Source: an uncultured virus (IMG/VR IMGVR_UViG_3300042465_006498)
Taxonomy: Duplodnaviria > Heunggongvirae > Uroviricota > Caudoviricetes
Length of the DNA: 20,000 nt
Reading direction: 5' to 3' (one strand)
IMG/VR virus record: IMGVR_UViG_3300042465_006498
How positions within the stretch are numbered: position 1 is the first letter of the stretch; every line of letters begins with the position of its first letter. Positions 15,764-20,000 of this stretch are shown here, one piece after another. The notes beneath the pieces were generated by a model. It had not been told where the DNA came from and did not search any database. It saw only the letters and a program-made list of their open reading frames with translations. The translations under genes and the position numbers were made by a program.

Positions 15764-16683
15764 TCTCCAGCTACAACGAATACAGCACACTAAAACGCAT
15801 TGTGGTAGGTGACGCTGCCTATGCCAACTGGCCCACAAAGGATCCTGTGTTTAGATCCGAAGCTGAACGCACACTGTGGAAACATACACCATTACCCAGC
15901 GGACCAGTGCCCGAGCACATTATACAGGAAACCAATCAAGACCTACAAGGCTTGTGCAGCATTTTGACCATGCATGGTGTGGAAGTTGTGCGTCCCAGTA
16001 CATTTGACTTTCAAACCCATGATGGGCTGTACAACTATTGCCCACGTGATCGATTTATTGTGTATGGTTCTATCATAATTGATCCTGCCATGATGTATCC
16101 TTGCCGTGATCAAGAATACCAGTGTTATATAGACATACTTGAAGATGCTGATCAGATCATTCACATGCCTCGAGACTCAGGTATGGTGCTGGACGCTGCT
16201 AATGTGCTGAGAGTAGATCAGCACCGATGGTTATTTTTGGAATCTGCTAGCGGCAATCGAGCTGCTTACGAGTGGCTATGTGCACAATTGCCCGAGGTAG
16301 ATATTGAACTGTGTAACTTTTATTCTGGAGTACATATTGATTCAACAATAGTGGCACTGAATGCAGATCAATTTGTTGTTAATGGCAGCAGACTAGATCG
16401 GAATAGAAAAGATCTACCACGACATCTCAAGGGAAAAGAGATATTTTTTGTTGAAGAAGTAATAGCGCAAGGATTTTACGAATATCCGTATGCATCAAAA
16501 TGGATTGCACTCAACATGTTGAGCATTGATCCTAAAACCGTCATAGTTGATGCCAAACAGGAAGCCATGATACAGGCGCTAGAACAAGGTATGGGCATGA
16601 CGGTTATACCCCTGGAACTGCGTCACAGCAGGACTCTAGGCGGGGGATTCCACTGTGTAACGCTTGATTTGGTACGATGTTAA
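15760..16683 (+). CDS. Amidinotransferase (StrB1/glycine amidinotransferase family)
   Basis: SYNEY..L..IVVG, YCPRD, DAANVLR, SGN, HIDSTIV, and HSRTLGGGFHCVTLD. The Asp-His-Cys catalytic triad is intact. Confidence 0.93.
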   Translation: MISSYNEYSTLKRIVVGDAAYANWPTKDPVFRSEAERTLWKHTPLPSGPVPEHIIQETNQDLQGLCSILTMHGVEVVRPSTFDFQTHDGLYNYCPRDRFIVYGSIIIDPAMMYPCRDQEYQCYIDILEDADQIIHMPRDSGMVLDAANVLRVDQHRWLFLESASGNRAAYEWLCAQLPEVDIELCNFYSGVHIDSTIVALNADQFVVNGSRLDRNRKDLPRHLKGKEIFFVEEVIAQGFYEYPYASKWIALNMLSIDPKTVIVDAKQEAMIQALEQGMGMTVIPLELRHSRTLGGGFHCVTLDLVRC

Positions 16684-16967
16684 CCGGATTCAACTTGGCC
16701 AGTAGCTACACCATCACTGTTTGATAACACATAATTAACAAATGTTTCAGCCGCTTCTTGTGTGTGCCAGCCGCGTTTGACTTCTACAGATGTTTGGTCA
16801 GTATTTGCAGTTATGTTTGCTGCATTTTCGTATCCTGGCATCAAGTCCCCGCCAAGACCGTTGTCAATCATTTCTTGTGCTTTGATTTGAATATCTCTTA
16901 AAATATTCAAATTTGCTGAATTAGTCCTAACTGCCTCAACCGAATATGTAACTACAGATATCCACAT
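16680..16967 (-). CDS. Hypothetical protein
   Basis: 95 aa. AGGAG RBS (CTCCT on + at 16973-16977) and an upstream ATAAATA motif on the minus strand (16984-16990). Confidence 0.75.
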   Translation of the reverse strand: MWISVVTYSVEAVRTNSANLNILRDIQIKAQEMIDNGLGGDLMPGYENAANITANTDQTSVEVKRGWHTQEAAETFVNYVLSNSDGVATGQVESG

Positions 16968-17004
16968 AAAAACTCCTTTTTTTTATTTATGAACAGCTAC
17001 TGAT

Positions 17005-17033
17005 TTGACATTATTCCAGATGTGTTGTATAAT
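17005..17033 (+). promoter_or_regulatory. Perfect-consensus sigma70 promoter (leaderless uvsE transcript)
   Basis: TTGACA (17005-17010), 17-nt spacer, TATAAT (17028-17033). The ATG is at 17040. Confidence 0.88.
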
Positions 17034-17039
17034 ACAAGC

Positions 17040-18068
17040 ATGATTACACCTAAGATTGGTTTTTGTTGCAAATGGCTAAATGATCCGAGCGAATGTGGCG
17101 GCATGAAAGTCAATGCAGTGGACCGTGAACTAAACGGCCGATCAACCACCATGCGCTGGCTTCGCGAACATGCAGACGAAGCTGAACAACGGCAATGGGA
17201 CATAATGAATCACAATGCTGCCGCAGCAGTAAAAATGATTGAACGAGTGGCCACGCTACCTCCCGAACGCAGAATGGTGCGCCTGGGTAGTGAAATGCTG
17301 CAAGGATATACTGAAGCCAGCTGGATTGACTGGTGGCAGCGAACAGAGATACAAGATCATCTGGCCCGTATTTTTGCTCCTGTTGGCGAAACTGCCCGCA
17401 GACTGGGTGTGCGACTCAGCTTCCATCCCGGACAGTTCTGTGTGCTGGCCAGTGAGTCGGATGAAATTGTAGAACGCAGTATCCTGGAATTTGAGTATCA
17501 TGCAGACATGGCCCGTTGGATGGGCTATGGAAAAACCTGGCATGATCATGGTTTTAAAATCAACGTACATTTGTCGGGTAAAGGTGGTCCCGACAAGTTT
17601 TTGCGCACACTGGGTCGACTGACTCCTGAAGCGCGAAATCTAATTACCATCGAGAATGATGAGATGACAAATGGGATTGATACTACTTTGCTTGTGGCTG
17701 AGCATGTTGCTCTTGTGCTGGATGTACACCACCACTGGATCAACTCGGGGGAATACATCACCCCCACTGACTCTCGTACAATGCGGGTTATTGAGTCTTG
17801 GCGTGGTCAGCGTCCTGCTCTTCACTACTCTGTTAGTCGTGAAGATATTTTGGTTGGGCATGATCGAAGCGTTCGACCAGACCTTTCTGAACTTCTTGAT
17901 CGAGGTTTTAAAAAGCAAAAGCTCCGCGCACATAGTGACTTCATGTGGAATGATGCCTGCAACAAATGGGTAGTGGGGTTTGCTGACAATTTTGACATTC
18001 AGTGCGAAGCCAAGGGCAAGAATCTAGCATCCATGCAGGTGTACGAGCACTACAAACAACTAGCATGA
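17040..18068 (+). CDS. uvsE: UV damage endonuclease (UvsE/UVDE)
   Basis: IGFCC, RLGS, RLSFHPGQF, NVH, IENDE, VLDVHHH, LHYS, RAHSD and CEAKGK. Confidence 0.93.
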   Translation: MITPKIGFCCKWLNDPSECGGMKVNAVDRELNGRSTTMRWLREHADEAEQRQWDIMNHNAAAAVKMIERVATLPPERRMVRLGSEMLQGYTEASWIDWWQRTEIQDHLARIFAPVGETARRLGVRLSFHPGQFCVLASESDEIVERSILEFEYHADMARWMGYGKTWHDHGFKINVHLSGKGGPDKFLRTLGRLTPEARNLITIENDEMTNGIDTTLLVAEHVALVLDVHHHWINSGEYITPTDSRTMRVIESWRGQRPALHYSVSREDILVGHDRSVRPDLSELLDRGFKKQKLRAHSDFMWNDACNKWVVGFADNFDIQCEAKGKNLASMQVYEHYKQLA

Positions 18069-18355
18069 ACATAATTCTCAAAGATATTTTTACCTGGATA
18101 CATGATGATTACAAAACTAACAGATTCCGTTTTGTCGTGGAAGTACTTGCTTGGGCTATCAGTATTGGCTGTAGCATTACGATGGCTGCCACTGTACCCA
18201 CTCCCCCTTTACTTGCTATGTATCCTATTTGGATTCTTGGTTGTGCTATGTACGCTTGGGCTAGTTGGACTCGCAAATCGTTTGGTATGTTGGCTAACTA
18301 CATCCTGCTGGTGACCATTGACAGTGTTGGCTTGATCAGGATGCTGACACAATAA
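18065..18355 (+). CDS. Small membrane protein with about 3 TM helices
   Basis: ATGA overlap with the uvsE stop. 96 aa with three hydrophobic segments. Confidence 0.75.
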   Translation: MNIILKDIFTWIHDDYKTNRFRFVVEVLAWAISIGCSITMAATVPTPPLLAMYPIWILGCAMYAWASWTRKSFGMLANYILLVTIDSVGLIRMLTQ

Positions 18356-18379
18356 TTTTACAAACGCGATCTCTGACTA

Positions 18380-18874
18380 TCAGCTGCCGCAACCTACCAA
18401 TTTACAGTATTTGACAAATTCGTAGGTTCCCCATATGGTTCCCAATACCATTATTATTAGCAGTGTTGCTAGTAATACTGTTTCTATTAGATCTTCAAGT
18501 TCTTTTTTGTGACGGGCTGCTGCTTCTTTTTCACGACGAATAGCATGTGCTTCATCCGCATCCATGGCAGCGGAGCGTGATTTGATCTTGTTCCAGACGT
18601 CTACCTTGCCTGCTTGCATGAACAGCAGTTGCAACTCGTCTTCAAATCGTTTGGCCTGATCCAGAGCCATCTCAATCTGGATGGCTGTGCCCATACTGGA
18701 TTTTTTACCACTGTTTTTGGATTCCACCATGGCCTTGGATGCAGTGCTCTTGGCGTCAAAGTATTTGCCCAGCACTGGTCCCAAGGACGCTACATCGTCC
18801 ACAGTCTTGGATACTTTTTTAATCAATGCAACAGCAGCTTGTATGCCGGCCAGTGCGGTTAGCGGATCAATCAT
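18380..18874 (-). CDS. Hypothetical protein with coiled coil and C-terminal TM helix
   Basis: 164 aa (MIDPLTALAG...), ATGA overlap with the upstream minus-strand gene. Confidence 0.8.
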   Translation of the reverse strand: MIDPLTALAGIQAAVALIKKVSKTVDDVASLGPVLGKYFDAKSTASKAMVESKNSGKKSSMGTAIQIEMALDQAKRFEDELQLLFMQAGKVDVWNKIKSRSAAMDADEAHAIRREKEAAARHKKELEDLIETVLLATLLIIMVLGTIWGTYEFVKYCKLVGCGS

Positions 18875-19107
18875 TTTAGTTCTTTTCTTCCTTCTAATTT
18901 ACATATTTCTTTGTGCAATCGATTGGAGCAATCTTTCTTTTGCCATTCCACGCAAACTACTCGACGATCATATACATCGCCCGTCCAGGTCCATCTAACA
19001 CATGCCCATGTGTAGTCCGTGGCTTTTTCAGTATCTTTTTTGGTTTGAGCACCTGAATTCAACATGCCCAAACATACCACAACAATAAACACCACAGTTT
19101 TGATCAC
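18871..19107 (-). CDS. Small secreted or periplasmic Cys-containing protein
   Basis: GTG start, signal-peptide-like N-terminus, four Cys in the mature part. GTAAATA motif upstream on the minus strand (19125-19131). Confidence 0.65.
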   Translation of the reverse strand: MIKTVVFIVVVCLGMLNSGAQTKKDTEKATDYTWACVRWTWTGDVYDRRVVCVEWQKKDCSNRLHKEICKLEGRKELK

Positions 19108-19198
19108 AAAAAAGCCTCATGCAGTATTTACATAGGGCTTTTAAATTGTAAACCGGGCAGTTATCGCGGCTGGAACTGGTTTGCATGTTATGCAACTG

Positions 19199-19216
19199 GT
19201 GTAACAAAACTGTAAT
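19199..19216 (+). promoter_or_regulatory. Pho box (PhoB-type) upstream of pstS
   Basis: GTGTAAC-AAAA-CTGTAAT matches the 7-4-7 direct repeat CTGTCAT-A(A/T)A(T/A)-CTGT(C/A)A(C/T). An AT-rich -10-like element lies 10 nt downstream. Confidence 0.7.
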
Positions 19217-19254
19217 ATTTGGTTGTTAAATAAATGTACTAACAAGGAGACTTT

Positions 19255-20000
19255 ATGAAACGATTTATCACAATGCTGCTGGCAGCAGTAGCAGTCACAG
19301 CTCACGCAGACATCACAGGTGCTGGTGCAACATTCCCCTACCCTATCTATGCCAAGTGGGCAGAAGCCTACAAGAAAGAAACCGGTATTGGACTCAACTA
19401 TCAGTCAATTGGCAGTTCAGGTGGTATACGCCAGATCAACAACAAAACAGTGACATTTGGTGCCAGCGATGCTCCTGTGGCAGGTGCTGAACTAGACAAG
19501 CTAGCTCAAGTACAGTTTCCCGCTATCATTGGCGGCACAGTGCCTATCGTGAACTTGGAAGGGTTTAAACCTGGAGAATTGCGTATCACTGGGCAAGTAT
19601 TAGCCGAAGTGTTCTTGGGTGATATCACTCGATGGAATGACGCTAAACTAGCAGCATTGAATCCTGGTAAGAAATTGCCCGATCAACCGATCACAGTGGT
19701 TCATCGTGCTGACGGATCAGGCACAACATTCAACTGGACTGACTACTTGACTGTGGCCAGCCCAGACTGGGCCAAGCGTGTGGGTCGTGGTGCAGCAATT
19801 AAATGGCCTGCTGTGAGCAGTATTGGTGGCAAAGGCAACGAAGGTGTTGCAGCCATTGTGAATCGTACTAAGGGCGGTATTGGTTATGTTGAGTATGCTT
19901 ATGTAAAGAAAAATAACATGACCTTTATGCAACTACAAAACAAAAATGGTAAGTTTGTCAGTCCTGATGATGTGACATTTGCAGCCGCAGCCGCAGGGGC
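19255..20000 (+). CDS. pstS: Phosphate ABC transporter substrate-binding protein PstS, 3'-partial (not in ORF track)
   Basis: AAGGAG RBS. Signal peptide MKRFITMLLAAVAVTAHA, then ITGAGATFPYPIYAKWA, NYQSIGSSGG, FGASDAP, HRADGSGTTF, GKGNEGVA and IGYVEYAY. Open to the window end. Confidence 0.97.
   Translation, partial: MKRFITMLLAAVAVTAHADITGAGATFPYPIYAKWAEAYKKETGIGLNYQSIGSSGGIRQINNKTVTFGASDAPVAGAELDKLAQVQFPAIIGGTVPIVNLEGFKPGELRITGQVLAEVFLGDITRWNDAKLAALNPGKKLPDQPITVVHRADGSGTTFNWTDYLTVASPDWAKRVGRGAAIKWPAVSSIGGKGNEGVAAIVNRTKGGIGYVEYAYVKKNNMTFMQLQNKNGKFVSPDDVTFAAAAAG

Noticed and set aside
15760..16683. Archaeosine or 7-deazaguanine DNA modification pathway
   Set aside because: That pathway uses ArcS, QueF-like or GAT-QueC enzymes with DpdA, FolE and QueCDE. 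This is a pentein-fold Arg amidinotransferase and none of those genes is present.
387..19932. Numerous antisense or alternate-frame ORFs in the track (e.g. 1127-1429, 3696-4040, 9646-10116, 19717-19932)
   Set aside because: They overlap well-supported genes and lack RBSs or recognisable motifs, so they are shadow ORFs.
1..20000. Possible TAG stop-codon reassignment, since none of the called genes ends in TAG
   Set aside because: Long conserved genes (ligase, ClpX, UvsE, PstS) are intact under code 11 with no in-frame TAG, and coding density is already very high. TAG is simply rare in such phages.

Overview
This window is a densely coded fragment of a large, probably lytic, T4-like/jumbo-type tailed phage genome using the standard genetic code. 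The proteobacterial-type ClpX, ClpS, PstS, Pho box and sigma70 promoters suggest a proteobacterial host, likely aquatic (inference). From left to right it holds: two Ala/Gly/Thr-rich putative virion genes; small early ORFs behind repeated TTGACC-N17-TATAAT promoter/RBS cassettes; an ATP-dependent DNA ligase; a peroxiredoxin; a promoter-driven structured non-coding leader; a proteostasis module (ClpX, a small heat-shock protein with a ROSE-like thermometer, and a variant ClpS); a metallophosphoesterase divergent from a truncated nucleotidyl-cyclase-like gene; a biosynthetic cluster (glycosyltransferase-like gene, divergent NDP-sugar dehydrogenase, 2OG-Fe(II) oxygenase, StrB1-like amidinotransferase); a UvsE UV endonuclease; and a Pho-box-preceded pstS that runs off the right end. 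All protein calls come from motif recognition by eye, and no database search was run.
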